Virus record (IMG/VR): IMGVR_UViG_3300045973_000169
Span: 62,001 to 126,000 of that record
Reading direction: 5' to 3' (one strand)
Length of the DNA stretch: 64,000 bases
Part shown: positions 1-9,657 of the stretch, piece after piece
Layout: each line of letters starts with the position of its first letter
Position numbering within the stretch: the first letter of the stretch is position 1
Position numbers and translations under genes: made by a program
Notes under the pieces: generated by a model
The model's input: the letters and a program-made list of their open reading frames with translations, nothing else
What the model was told of the DNA's origin: nothing
Databases searched by the model: none

Positions 1-194
1 TCGAAACTTATCGTCCTAAACAATTGACTGAAGATGATATTAGGGGTAAAATTTATAGGCTTATAACTGCTGGGTCTATTGAACAGCCTAACCTTCTTAA
101 TCTTGGTGATATTATGAAATATTTTAAAACTAATTTTGAAGGTCAATATGATGGTGCATTAGTATCTAAATTAGCTAAAAAGATGCTAGTATGA
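1..194 (+). CDS. GatB/YqeY-domain protein, C-terminal part (5' truncated by window)
   Basis: Frame 3 reads ETYRPKQLTEDDI...LGDIMKYFKTNFEGQYDGALVSKLAKKMLV*, resembling the YqeY C-terminus (YLPKQL...MG.IM...G..DG..VS). Confidence 0.7.
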   Translation, partial: ETYRPKQLTEDDIRGKIYRLITAGSIEQPNLLNLGDIMKYFKTNFEGQYDGALVSKLAKKMLV

Positions 195-287
195 TTTATA
201 TAATTGTATGGAATATAGTTCTAACATGTGCTGTTGGAGTACTTCTATATAAGGAACTTACACGAAAAAGTATTGAGGTAGAGTAAT

Positions 288-725
288 ATGTATCCACCAG
301 ATTATAATACTGGTGATGATGATATGGCTCCAGATGATAGAGGTAAAGTAGGAATGGGTGAATTTGCTGATATGGCTATTGATTCTATTATCAATGGCCC
401 TTATGGTATGTGGTCTCCTAGTTATAATTCGAGATATAATTCAAGCTATAGTAGACCTAAAAAGAGAATTTCATGTAATAAGTGTAATTCTACTATGGTT
501 TATTGGGAACAACTTTCTAGTGGAAGATGGTGCCTATATGATAGTGTTACTGATAAACCACATGTATGTCGTAAAGGTGATAATAAGAAAGATATAATTA
601 AACATAGACAAATTTACAGTTGTTTTAATTGTATCTATATTAATCATAAAGATAAGAGTTGTGATGAACATAACTTTATAACTACTTATGATTCTATATG
701 TAATGATTATGAAAGTAGTATATGA
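288..725 (+). CDS. hypothetical Cys/His-rich protein
   Basis: ORF with SD (gagg); CNKC...HVC and CFNC motifs. Confidence 0.6.
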   Translation: MYPPDYNTGDDDMAPDDRGKVGMGEFADMAIDSIINGPYGMWSPSYNSRYNSSYSRPKKRISCNKCNSTMVYWEQLSSGRWCLYDSVTDKPHVCRKGDNKKDIIKHRQIYSCFNCIYINHKDKSCDEHNFITTYDSICNDYESSI

Positions 726-900
726 CTGATGGTAAATTTTTTAATCCTTTCTCTATCAAACTTATGCTAATAATAGGGATTGTTTTAACTGTATGTTGGC
801 TAGCAGAAAGTGAACCTAAGAAGAAAGATCCACAACAGACTATTGTAATAAAAAATTATATATATCCTAAAGATATTGTATACAAAAATGTGAGTACAAA

Positions 901-1167
901 ATGAAAAATGCTTTTGAAATATATAGTGATGCAGAGAAACTTGAAGAACAACTTAAACCATTTCAATACTTTATGGCTGGATGTGGGATAACTGGTTTTG
1001 CGAGTGCTTTTTTAGCAATAATATGGTCTCCATTTGTTTATGGGGTATTTGGTTTGTTTTTAGCTGGTATTATTGCTGGGTTTCTTGTCCAATACGAAAA
1101 TAAAATTGGGCGATGGAAAAGAGAAGCTATTAGACTCTATGGTAGAGATGAAGAGGAGTATTGGTAA
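901..1167 (+). CDS. small membrane protein (2 TM)
   Basis: Two hydrophobic segments; stop overlaps RT start (TAATG). Confidence 0.6.
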   Translation: MKNAFEIYSDAEKLEEQLKPFQYFMAGCGITGFASAFLAIIWSPFVYGVFGLFLAGIIAGFLVQYENKIGRWKREAIRLYGRDEEEYW

Positions 1168-1925
1168 TGCTTGATCTTACTGATAAAAGATCCTTTTATA
1201 ATATATATCCTATTAAGAAGGCTAATGGTAAGATTAGGATTATACATGCTCCTAAAAAAGAACTTAAAGATGAACAGAAAAAGCTTGCAGATGCATTAGA
1301 AAAATGGTATAATCCTCCTGATTGTGTATTCGGTTTTATCAAAGGTAAATCTCCTAAAGACTTAGCTCAACATCATATTAATAAAGATTGGATTGTTACT
1401 CTCGATATTAAAGATTTCTTTCCAAGTATAACTAAAGCTCTGTTAAAAGAGTTATTAAGATTAGATGACTATTGGATAGAAGTTGCAACTTATGAAGATA
1501 AACTTATACAAGGTAGTCCAGCGAGTCCTATATTAAGTAATCTTGTAATGCTATGGCAGGATAAGTTCTTTGAAATGTATGCTTTTGTAAATGGGTATAC
1601 TTATAGTAGATATGCAGATGATTTAGTGTTATCAGGGATGGGTAAGCCTAAATGGGATTATATCAATTATATAGAGAGCCATTTAAATGGATTAGGTTTT
1701 AGATTGAATAAATCTAAGATTAAATTTATGTTTAAGAATCAAGAGCAAAGAGTTCTTGGTATTACAGTAAATGATAAGGTTAGTCTAAACCATAAAGTTA
1801 GAAAGAAGCTTAAAAATACGATTAAATATAATCCTATGAGCAATGTATTACAAGGCTATATGGCTTATGTTAATAGTATCAATAAAGATCAATTTAATAA
1901 AATAAAAGAACAAACAAAAGGGTAA
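1167..1925 (+). CDS. retron-type reverse transcriptase (compact, ~252 aa)
   Basis: K..G..R.I.AP, GF..GKS, LAQHH (NAxxH-like), LDIKDFFPSI, QGSPASPILSN, YSRYADDL, VLGITVN (VTG-like); ATG at 1167 overlaps upstream TAA. Confidence 0.92.
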   Translation: MLDLTDKRSFYNIYPIKKANGKIRIIHAPKKELKDEQKKLADALEKWYNPPDCVFGFIKGKSPKDLAQHHINKDWIVTLDIKDFFPSITKALLKELLRLDDYWIEVATYEDKLIQGSPASPILSNLVMLWQDKFFEMYAFVNGYTYSRYADDLVLSGMGKPKWDYINYIESHLNGLGFRLNKSKIKFMFKNQEQRVLGITVNDKVSLNHKVRKKLKNTIKYNPMSNVLQGYMAYVNSINKDQFNKIKEQTKG

Positions 1926-1928
1926 CAA

Positions 1929-2807
1929 ATGGAAGGCAATATTGAACCTATTGGTCTTTATAATCCGGAAATTGTAGATGCTAAACTATTAAAATATATC
2001 ATTCCTAATGGGAATCCAATTGAAACTATCTTTGCTCCCTTTATGGCAAAGATGTTCAAAAAGAGTAATGTAATTATTAAATGTAAGTTAGAAAAATTTA
2101 AAAAGAAATTTAATATTACATCTGACGTATTAGAACCTATGGAAGATATATGGAAGAACTTTGATGTTATAGTAGCTGGTGGGAAACTTATTGACTTTTG
2201 TAATAACAAAACTAAAGAAGAATCTACTAATGACTATGATATGTTTTTTATTTCCTCTACTCCTAATAAACAAGGAGAATATGGAACTAGTATTCATACA
2301 TACTTAACGAAAGAGTTGAAGTTTAATACTACCGCTACATTAAGTTATGTAACTGAATATATAAATGATAATCAAATTAAACTTCAAACTATAAATAAAG
2401 TATATGTTAATGCTGACCATATTTTAGAAGAGTTTGATATCAGAGCTTGTGCTATCTGTACGGATGGCAAGTATGTCTATTGGGTTAAGGGTGCTATTAG
2501 GGACATTAGAGATAAGCAACTTGTTATATTAAATCCTAAAAATAGTCCTCGTGGGATGCATAGGATAGTTAAATATATACAAAAGGGATATGAACTTAAA
2601 TTGCCAGATATGGCTTTGATAAGTATTAGATTCCTTGATGCTTTCTTTGGTTCGTCAGTACAACCTGATATCCAGCAAGAACTTATTAATAGGAATTTTT
2701 CTATTACTCGTAGTTCTATTAATATGGAAATGTATGATGAAATGGTTAATGGAAATACCCATGAGCTAGGTGATGCTGGTATAGAAGCAGCCACTACACC
2801 GTTTTAA
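1929..2807 (+). CDS. Pol-beta-superfamily nucleotidyltransferase-like protein
   Basis: VAGG...NDYDMFF and FDIRAC motifs, R..KY..KGY; resembles phage CCA/poly(A) polymerase head-like proteins. Confidence 0.65.
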   Translation: MEGNIEPIGLYNPEIVDAKLLKYIIPNGNPIETIFAPFMAKMFKKSNVIIKCKLEKFKKKFNITSDVLEPMEDIWKNFDVIVAGGKLIDFCNNKTKEESTNDYDMFFISSTPNKQGEYGTSIHTYLTKELKFNTTATLSYVTEYINDNQIKLQTINKVYVNADHILEEFDIRACAICTDGKYVYWVKGAIRDIRDKQLVILNPKNSPRGMHRIVKYIQKGYELKLPDMALISIRFLDAFFGSSVQPDIQQELINRNFSITRSSINMEMYDEMVNGNTHELGDAGIEAATTPF

Positions 2808-2887
2808 ACAATTGAATATTGAGAAAACCCATACTGTGTGGGTATGTTGTAACATGTAGTAAAATAAAACATTAAAAGGAAAAACAA

Positions 2888-3100
2888 ATGGAAAACGTAA
2901 ACAGTACAGTAGTAGAGTTCGCAAATGTTGACTTCGTAGCAGAATTGATTGGGGACCTTGATGCAGAGCATGTCCGTGATATGCTTTCTGATACTTACCA
3001 GTTTCTTGAGAATGCAGTTTATACTGAGTCTTATGATCCTGAGCTGGAGCAGAAGCGTATTATCTTCTCTGAGAAACTTGGCGATAAAGGTCAGTTTTAA
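2888..3100 (+). CDS. ubiquitin-like modifier (PRTRC protein C-like)
   Basis: 70 aa; EHVRD....Y..L.NA...F....G.KG pattern with C-terminal GDKG-QF; strong SD; upstream of E2/JAB/E1 genes. Confidence 0.75.
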   Translation: MENVNSTVVEFANVDFVAELIGDLDAEHVRDMLSDTYQFLENAVYTESYDPELEQKRIIFSEKLGDKGQF

Positions 3101-3131
3101 TTCTTATTATTACTAAGATTTAATTTTATAT

Positions 3132-3166
3132 AGCGTCTATGATAGAGATATCATAGGCGCTTTTTT
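3132..3166 (+). terminator. intrinsic terminator after Ubl gene
   Basis: agcgtctatgata-gaga-tatcataggcgct followed by T-run. Confidence 0.85.
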
Positions 3167-3179
3167 ATCTGAGGTTAAT

Positions 3180-3482
3180 ATGGATTATGAAACAAGCAAT
3201 AAGATTGTAGTAGAGATTTTAAAGTTATCTAATGAAGAATCAAAAGTATATGATTTTGCTGAAATAAGTAAGTTTAGTGAATCATTGCCAAAAGAAATAA
3301 CGATTAATAAATTTGTTAATAGTATCCCTGGTATAGATGAAAAGTTAGAAGAATTATTAGATTCTTTATCTGAGTATTATAACTCACAAACTATCTTTAC
3401 TAATCTTGGTGTTATCTTTGGGAAACTTGTTACAAATACAAATTTCGATTATTATAAAGAGATGCAAAATGAACAGATATGA
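3180..3482 (+). CDS. hypothetical protein in Ubl operon
   Basis: ORF with SD gagg. Confidence 0.6.
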   Translation: MDYETSNKIVVEILKLSNEESKVYDFAEISKFSESLPKEITINKFVNSIPGIDEKLEELLDSLSEYYNSQTIFTNLGVIFGKLVTNTNFDYYKEMQNEQI

Positions 3483-4293
3483 AGTTGGTAATCACTCAAC
3501 AAAAATATGTCAATCTTATATTGTTGCTGGTTTATATAAAAAAGGATTTTTAAAATCTAAAGCATTTACTTTCACTAATAATACAGAGGATCTACAAAAT
3601 AAATTACATCATATAATTAAATCATCTGTAAACAAAGAGATTGATAAAGATTTTAGAGAAGTATTTACTGAAGTTAGATTTTCAAGATGGCAGGGGCTAA
3701 GAGTAAGTTTGCTTTTAACTAATCAATATGGTAAATGGGCTATGTTTAAGGCTAGGTCTAAAGCTATCCTAGATAATGCTGCTATAGGTTTATCTGGAGT
3801 TATGAAATTAACTTTAAATGGTAACCTATTATCGTATGCATTTGATGGTTTAAGTAGTAGTATTAATCCAAGTCAGTATTCCAATAGTACAACTTTAATT
3901 AATATAAGAGAGACTTTAGATAATGTTATTAGTTGTATTATGTATATTCCATCTAGTATAGCTGAATTTGGTAACCTGGCTAAAGAGATTAATAAGATAG
4001 ATATTAATTACAATTATTCTATTAAAGATATTAGAGATATTTTTAATTCATGTCATATTCATTCTACTAGTCAAAGAGGTCCTTTAACTAACTTACAATT
4101 ATCTCTTAATACATTTATTGGGAATGATCTAGATGGACTTGAAGATAGACTTGGTACTATTGTAGATATTGAACCTAAGTATAAAGATTTATTTGTACAA
4201 ATGGAAGGTATGAGTTATTATCCTTCTCCAGGACTTGTTGAGCTATTAGAGTATTTAAATGTAACTATAGGAAGATTAAATGGACATCCTTGA
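3469..4293 (+). CDS. hypothetical protein in Ubl operon
   Basis: Long ORF (ATG MNRYEV at 3469), overlapping neighbours. Confidence 0.6.
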   Translation: MNRYEVGNHSTKICQSYIVAGLYKKGFLKSKAFTFTNNTEDLQNKLHHIIKSSVNKEIDKDFREVFTEVRFSRWQGLRVSLLLTNQYGKWAMFKARSKAILDNAAIGLSGVMKLTLNGNLLSYAFDGLSSSINPSQYSNSTTLINIRETLDNVISCIMYIPSSIAEFGNLAKEINKIDINYNYSIKDIRDIFNSCHIHSTSQRGPLTNLQLSLNTFIGNDLDGLEDRLGTIVDIEPKYKDLFVQMEGMSYYPSPGLVELLEYLNVTIGRLNGHP

Positions 4294-5014
4294 ACTTGAA
4301 GAAACAGAAGAAGTAAAAGTAGACAAAAAGACAAAGCCTATGTTTTCAATAAAGGTTTATGGGAATAATTGTATTGTCGATATTAACAATAATAATGGGA
4401 AAGGTAATACTATAAAGACTGTTAAGTTAGAGTCTTTAGTTAAAGCTTTCCAGAATACAGATACAAAAATTGAATCACCAATTTTACCATTGAATTGTAT
4501 CAGATATCAGGAGCATGGCTCTAATATATCTGTTATCTTATATCATCCGCCTAAGAAGTTCAATGCAACATGTTTTAAAGATGTATTTGAAGATTGTATT
4601 AGACCAGGGATTGTTATCAAATATATCTTAGGGTATAAGAATGATCCTAACTATGGTAGGTCTTATAATATCCAAGACTCTAGATGTTTTGGAGTGGTAG
4701 ATGACTTTGGTTTGTTCTCTAATAAGACTCAGTTATTTGGATTACCGTTTCCTAATATTAGCTCTGAAGGTTGGGTATGTTGGGGCTCTAATAGTATAGG
4801 TGGAGAGATTAGAGCTTTAACTGGATTGTATGTTTATATTGATAGGATTTTTAATAGTCCTTTTAATAGTCATATTTTCCATAATGCTTTACTTAAGAAC
4901 TATGGCATTAATGAGCCTAGAGATTTGTTTAAGTATATCCAAGGAAGAGATAGATTCCCTAATGAATTACTTGAGAATCTAGGTGCTAAGAATTGGACTT
5001 TAGGTAAACTATAA
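4280..5014 (+). CDS. prokaryotic E2-like conjugating protein (Prok-E2_D / PRTRC protein B-like)
   Basis: LPFPNISSEGWVCWGSN catalytic-Cys motif, followed by FNSPFN. Confidence 0.8.
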   Translation: MDILELEETEEVKVDKKTKPMFSIKVYGNNCIVDINNNNGKGNTIKTVKLESLVKAFQNTDTKIESPILPLNCIRYQEHGSNISVILYHPPKKFNATCFKDVFEDCIRPGIVIKYILGYKNDPNYGRSYNIQDSRCFGVVDDFGLFSNKTQLFGLPFPNISSEGWVCWGSNSIGGEIRALTGLYVYIDRIFNSPFNSHIFHNALLKNYGINEPRDLFKYIQGRDRFPNELLENLGAKNWTLGKL

Positions 5015-5802
5015 TGGGACAAATGACACAATCTAAACAGATATTCCCTATTATTGAGGGACTCCCTGAAGGTGGAGCTAAGTCATTTGTTACTTATTCT
5101 GTTTGTTCTAATGGTATCTTTCAAACTAGATTAGTTTGTGGTAAAGGGTCTATTACTACAAAGGTAGAAGGAATTAAAGGATTACCTGAAGGGAAAGAAT
5201 CAATTGATATCTTGCCTAGGAAAATCCCTATTTCTTACTTCTGGAAGATAGTTGAATTCTTTAGGCATGTTAAGGAAACGTTTAATGAAAAGCTTGAAGC
5301 TTATATTTTATTAGGTTATAACTTTGATGAAGATAAGTTTATGTTATATGTCCCAAAACATTCAGTTGGAGCTGCTCATGTTAAATATGATATTGAATCT
5401 TTTTGGAAAGATTATCCAGGATACTATTTAGTATTAGATGCTCATTTACATTGTGACTTTGGAGCTTTCTGGTCTGGGACTGATAATGCTGATGATAAGC
5501 GTGATAGATTCAGTATGGTTATTGGACATCAAGATAATCCTATTCCAGATGTTAAGCTTAGATTTGCTAATGGAGCTAAACATATAGATTATGATTTACG
5601 TGAACTCTTTACTAAAGAAACTGAAGATATTGACTTTGACTTTAAGAAAGCTATTAAGAATATAAGTTATACAAAGCCTGAGTTTGTAAAGACTAATACA
5701 GGATATGTTGGAAGAAATGATGTTTCTTTCTATGATTCATTAAGATTCAGAATAAAACAAGAAAAACAATTCAGTCTTCAAGAATTGTTCCCAGGATGGT
5801 AA
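5014..5802 (+). CDS. JAB/MPN metallopeptidase (PRTRC protein A-like)
   Basis: E (KLEAY) plus DAHLH..FGAFWSGTDNADD = JAMM HxH...S..D motif. Confidence 0.85.
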   Translation: MGQMTQSKQIFPIIEGLPEGGAKSFVTYSVCSNGIFQTRLVCGKGSITTKVEGIKGLPEGKESIDILPRKIPISYFWKIVEFFRHVKETFNEKLEAYILLGYNFDEDKFMLYVPKHSVGAAHVKYDIESFWKDYPGYYLVLDAHLHCDFGAFWSGTDNADDKRDRFSMVIGHQDNPIPDVKLRFANGAKHIDYDLRELFTKETEDIDFDFKKAIKNISYTKPEFVKTNTGYVGRNDVSFYDSLRFRIKQEKQFSLQELFPGW

Positions 5803-5894
5803 TAAATGGCAACAGATAGTTTTGATGAATTATTTAAATAGTATGATAAACATTGTCGTTATTAACATATAGCTCAAATATTAAGGAGACCTAT

Positions 5895-6626
5895 ATGGCG
5901 TATACTACAAATACATGGATTAATAAAGCTAAAGAAATTCATAATGATAAATACGATTATTCATTAGTTAATTATTCTGGGAATAAAAATAAAGTTATCA
6001 TTATTTGTAAATTACATGGCGAGTTTTTACAAATACCAAATGATCATACGCAAGGGAGAGGATGTCGTTATTGTGGGAGTGAGTCAAAAGGGAACTATAA
6101 AAAGTTGACTATTGAAGAATTTATTCTACGGTCTAATGTAAAACATAATAATAAATATGATTATAGTAAGTCTAGTTATAATGATGGATATAAGACAAAA
6201 ATATGTATAATTTGTCCTGATCATGGAGAATTCTTTTCAACTGGGAATAATCATTTAAATGGGAGTGGTTGTCCAATTTGTAATGAGTCCAAAGGTGAAA
6301 ACATAATACGTGAATGGCTTATTTCTAATAATATAGAATTTAGAATGTCATATAGATTTAAAGACTGTAAATCAAAACAACCTTTACCTTTTGACTTCTA
6401 TCTTCCAAATTTAAATATTTGCATTGAATATGATGGTGAACAACATTTTAAGGCTACATGGCCTAGAAATGATAAGGATATTGCTACGAAAAATCTTATA
6501 ATGTTACAAGGTAGAGATAAAATTAAAGATTTATATTGTATTAATAATAAAATAAAACTAATAAGGATCCCTTATAATAAATTCAAAAATATTGGACTTA
6601 TTTTAGAGGATAAAATAAAAGGATAA
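5895..6626 (+). CDS. free-standing homing endonuclease, Zn-ribbon repeats + PD-(D/E)xK domain
   Basis: Repeated KYDYS...IC..HGEF...H..G.GC..C modules, PFDFYLP..CIEYDGEQHF; SD ggag before ATG 5895. Confidence 0.85.
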   Translation: MAYTTNTWINKAKEIHNDKYDYSLVNYSGNKNKVIIICKLHGEFLQIPNDHTQGRGCRYCGSESKGNYKKLTIEEFILRSNVKHNNKYDYSKSSYNDGYKTKICIICPDHGEFFSTGNNHLNGSGCPICNESKGENIIREWLISNNIEFRMSYRFKDCKSKQPLPFDFYLPNLNICIEYDGEQHFKATWPRNDKDIATKNLIMLQGRDKIKDLYCINNKIKLIRIPYNKFKNIGLILEDKIKG

Positions 6627-6628
6627 AT

Positions 6629-7756
6629 ATGGATTTATCAGAAATGTTTAAGTATGGAAAAGTTAAATGTGCTCCTACTATGAATACTGAACAGAGGTTT
6701 TCTACTAATGTTCATATAGTTGGATGTGGAGGGACTGGAAGTAGACTAATCCCTTTAGTTGCTCAAGCAATAGCTATACATAACCAGATAATTGCAACTC
6801 AGCCTAATCATAAGGAATATCTTAAAGGACCTATTAATTTAGTCCTCTATGATTGTGATGAAGGCGTTGAGTTGAAGAATCTTGAAAGACAAGGATTCAT
6901 TCCTAGTGATATTGGGAAAAGAAAAGAAGTAGTATTGGCTGAAAGATATGGTGCATGTTTTGGCATTGATATAACTTATGTATCTGATAAGATTAAGTAC
7001 GAGAATACTGTCTTCTCTGGAGCCAATAATATATTCTGTGATTGTACTGACAATCTAAGTGCTAGAAGAGCTATTGAGGATATCTATTATAGGTATTATT
7101 CTAATTGTGTTCTTATTTCTGGTGGTAATGGTGAAGACTTTGGTCAAGCAATGGTCTCATTTAAGTCTAATAATACTAACTTAAATATGAAAACAAAGCA
7201 TTTTACTGATGAAATATTCAGACTGAAATCTTTAATTGATCATCCAGATGTTAAGACTAATAAGACTATTAATATTCTTCCTACTCTATTAGAGCTATAT
7301 CCTGAATTTAAAGATACTGAAGGTCCTAGTTGTGATGAGGTTTTATTAAGGAATGAACAATCTATGCCTATTAATAACCTTGTAGCTACTCTTATGTATA
7401 ATATCTTTTATAGTGCTATCAATGGAGATCCATTTACTTATAATATGGTTAAATGTAATCTTAGTAATACATTTGATACTAAGAAGATAACACATCCTAA
7501 AGCTATGTTTGAACTTTTAGTAAGTGGGGTTACTGGCAGTAAGAATGGATATGCTGCTATTGAAGAATGGCGTAAATTGAATATTGCTCGTACTGGACAT
7601 TTTGTTCTTGTTGCTGATGTAGTTAAGTTTTTAGAACAGTATAAAAAGAAAGCACTTAATATTGTTAATGGATATATACTTGATAACTGGAAGTTAACAC
7701 CAGCAGATCATATAGTTCTTAACAATGCTATTAAGACTGTTAAGGAGGAGGATTAA
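6629..7756 (+). CDS. ThiF/E1-like activating enzyme (PRTRC ThiF-like)
   Basis: VGCGGTGS, D..VELKNLERQ, G..K..VLAERY, DCTDN..AR, PSC candidate catalytic Cys. Confidence 0.9.
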   Translation: MDLSEMFKYGKVKCAPTMNTEQRFSTNVHIVGCGGTGSRLIPLVAQAIAIHNQIIATQPNHKEYLKGPINLVLYDCDEGVELKNLERQGFIPSDIGKRKEVVLAERYGACFGIDITYVSDKIKYENTVFSGANNIFCDCTDNLSARRAIEDIYYRYYSNCVLISGGNGEDFGQAMVSFKSNNTNLNMKTKHFTDEIFRLKSLIDHPDVKTNKTINILPTLLELYPEFKDTEGPSCDEVLLRNEQSMPINNLVATLMYNIFYSAINGDPFTYNMVKCNLSNTFDTKKITHPKAMFELLVSGVTGSKNGYAAIEEWRKLNIARTGHFVLVADVVKFLEQYKKKALNIVNGYILDNWKLTPADHIVLNNAIKTVKEED

Positions 7757-7757
7757 T

Positions 7758-7985
7758 TTGCCTTTATATGTAATTAAATGTTCAAATGAAGAATGTGATA
7801 AATTTAATATCACTTCTGAAGTTAGAATGTCATTTGAAATGTTAGGGATAACAATGTGTCCATCTTGTGGAAGTAAAATGATTCAAGAGGTTAGTAAGGT
7901 TGGATTTAATATCCAGGGATTCTGTCATAAGAATGGCTGGGAAATTGAGCATATGAATTATGATGGAACTAAACCAGACTGGTAA
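7758..7985 (+). CDS. FmdB-like zinc-ribbon protein
   Basis: TTG start after ggagga; PLYVIKC...C...CPSCGS. Confidence 0.7.
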   Translation: MPLYVIKCSNEECDKFNITSEVRMSFEMLGITMCPSCGSKMIQEVSKVGFNIQGFCHKNGWEIEHMNYDGTKPDW

Positions 7986-8481
7986 TATATTATTACATAT
8001 AAGTGGACCTTGTTTTAGTGGAAAGACTTATTTATTATCTCATTTAATTGAAGATTTTGCTGGGTTTAATGTTATCACTTTTGAAAAACATTTTGATAGT
8101 GATAATAAAACATTAAAACAAATGTATGGTCATTTCTATCAGGATATATTTAATACACTTGAAACATCTAATGTTATAGGTGAAAGTATATATAGTTCTA
8201 GTAATAAGATTCTTTATTGTAAGTTTAAGAATTTAATTAATATAGTTACATATCCAGATTATGAACATCATAAAAAGAACTATGATAGGTTTGTTGAGAA
8301 ATTTGGGAGTAGGGTAGCTAATAAAAGAACTGGGGGTTCATCAATTAGCTTTCTAAGGAATGATTTTATAACGAAGGGCTGTCCTCCTAATAAGATCCTA
8401 TATGATGGAAAGAATTATAATACTGTTAAAGAAGAGATAAAAAATGTATTTAGAAAATATAACAATTATAAAGCAATCTGA
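7960..8481 (+). CDS. P-loop kinase-like protein
   Basis: ISGPCFSGKT Walker A. Confidence 0.6.
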   Translation: MMELNQTGNILLHISGPCFSGKTYLLSHLIEDFAGFNVITFEKHFDSDNKTLKQMYGHFYQDIFNTLETSNVIGESIYSSSNKILYCKFKNLINIVTYPDYEHHKKNYDRFVEKFGSRVANKRTGGSSISFLRNDFITKGCPPNKILYDGKNYNTVKEEIKNVFRKYNNYKAI

Positions 8482-8749
8482 ATATGAAGGTGAATGTTCT
8501 ATTAAGCTTACTGATGAAGATGGTATGACTTTAATACTCAATAAGTTAATTATTGACTTGACAAATGGGGCAGAACCTGTTAAAATAGTTAAATTCAATC
8601 AGACACCTGTTGTAACTGGAAGCTTTATTGAAGGCATCAAAACTCATATTTTGGAGCTATGGCAAGATTACTTTAAGACTAGTCTTGCAGTTGGAGCATA
8701 TGTCGTTGATGGAGAAGGAATAACAAAACTATAAAGAGGGTAACAAAGA

Positions 8750-9139
8750 ATGGAAATTACAAAAGTACAAGTATGGAAAAACAAAAGTGAAACATTTGTA
8801 GCAAATTGCAGCGTTGAATTTGATGATGTATTTTTTGTCAAATGTAAAGTAGTTAAGTCAAGCAAAGATGGGTCTTTATTCATTTCTTGGCCTAATACCA
8901 AGGGAAAAGATGCAGATGGAAATGATAAGTATTTCCCAGATGCAGGTTTTGTTTTAGGTGAAGATGAAGAAACGAAATATGACTTTAAGAATGCTATTGA
9001 TGATCAGATTATCAAAGAGTATAATAAAGTTGTAGGGATTGATTCTGGTACGAAGAATGGTAAGAAGGATGAAACTCCTCCTGCTGATCCGACTCCAACT
9101 AAGAAAACCCCTGATATTAAATTTGGGCCTAAGAAATAA
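8750..9139 (+). CDS. SpoVG-like nucleic-acid-binding protein
   Basis: MEITKVQV...VEFDDVFFV..KVV...G.LFISWP pattern of the SpoVG fold. Confidence 0.7.
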   Translation: MEITKVQVWKNKSETFVANCSVEFDDVFFVKCKVVKSSKDGSLFISWPNTKGKDADGNDKYFPDAGFVLGEDEETKYDFKNAIDDQIIKEYNKVVGIDSGTKNGKKDETPPADPTPTKKTPDIKFGPKK

Positions 9140-9156
9140 AAAGAAAAGGAAACATA

Positions 9157-9657
9157 ATGCTTAAATTTAAAGTATCTAAATTAAAATCTACAATGGAAAT
9201 GTCTGTTTGGGAAAAGAAAGTTACTGGAGATACAGTTGAAATTGTAAACAAAGCTATATTAGAGATTGCTCCTGCTCTTGTTGATGCCCCAAAGGGTCAG
9301 CCTAAAGCTGGAGAAAAACGTTATGATTATGCTAAGAAAGTTAAGATTTCTTTTAATCCTACTGATATGCTAAAAGTAGCCTATAATCTTATTATGATGT
9401 CTTATGGGAATGAGATTGAATATAAGAAAATGGGTGATGCATCTAGAGCCAATGCTAATAGTTCAGGTATTAAATCTCTATCTATTAAGTTGAATGATAA
9501 AGGTTCAATTGCTATTAGTTTAAATGAAGATAAAGATGGCGCTAAATCTAGTGTATTTATTTATCTTGAAAAAGACGAAGCTTATGCTTTGGCTAAATGG
9601 TTTGAAGTAACTTATACTAAACTTTATAATAATCCTGATGCAAGTGAGGATGAATAA
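9157..9657 (+). CDS. hypothetical protein (possible ssDNA-binding, Whirly/PC4-like)
   Basis: RYDY.KK.K.SF pattern, acidic tail; weak resemblance only. Confidence 0.4.
   Translation: MLKFKVSKLKSTMEMSVWEKKVTGDTVEIVNKAILEIAPALVDAPKGQPKAGEKRYDYAKKVKISFNPTDMLKVAYNLIMMSYGNEIEYKKMGDASRANANSSGIKSLSIKLNDKGSIAISLNEDKDGAKSSVFIYLEKDEAYALAKWFEVTYTKLYNNPDASEDE

Noticed and set aside
1-2900. DGR, CRISPR-associated RT or repeat array near the RT
   Set aside because: No TR/VR pair, cas gene or regularly spaced direct repeats seen by eye here or elsewhere in the window.
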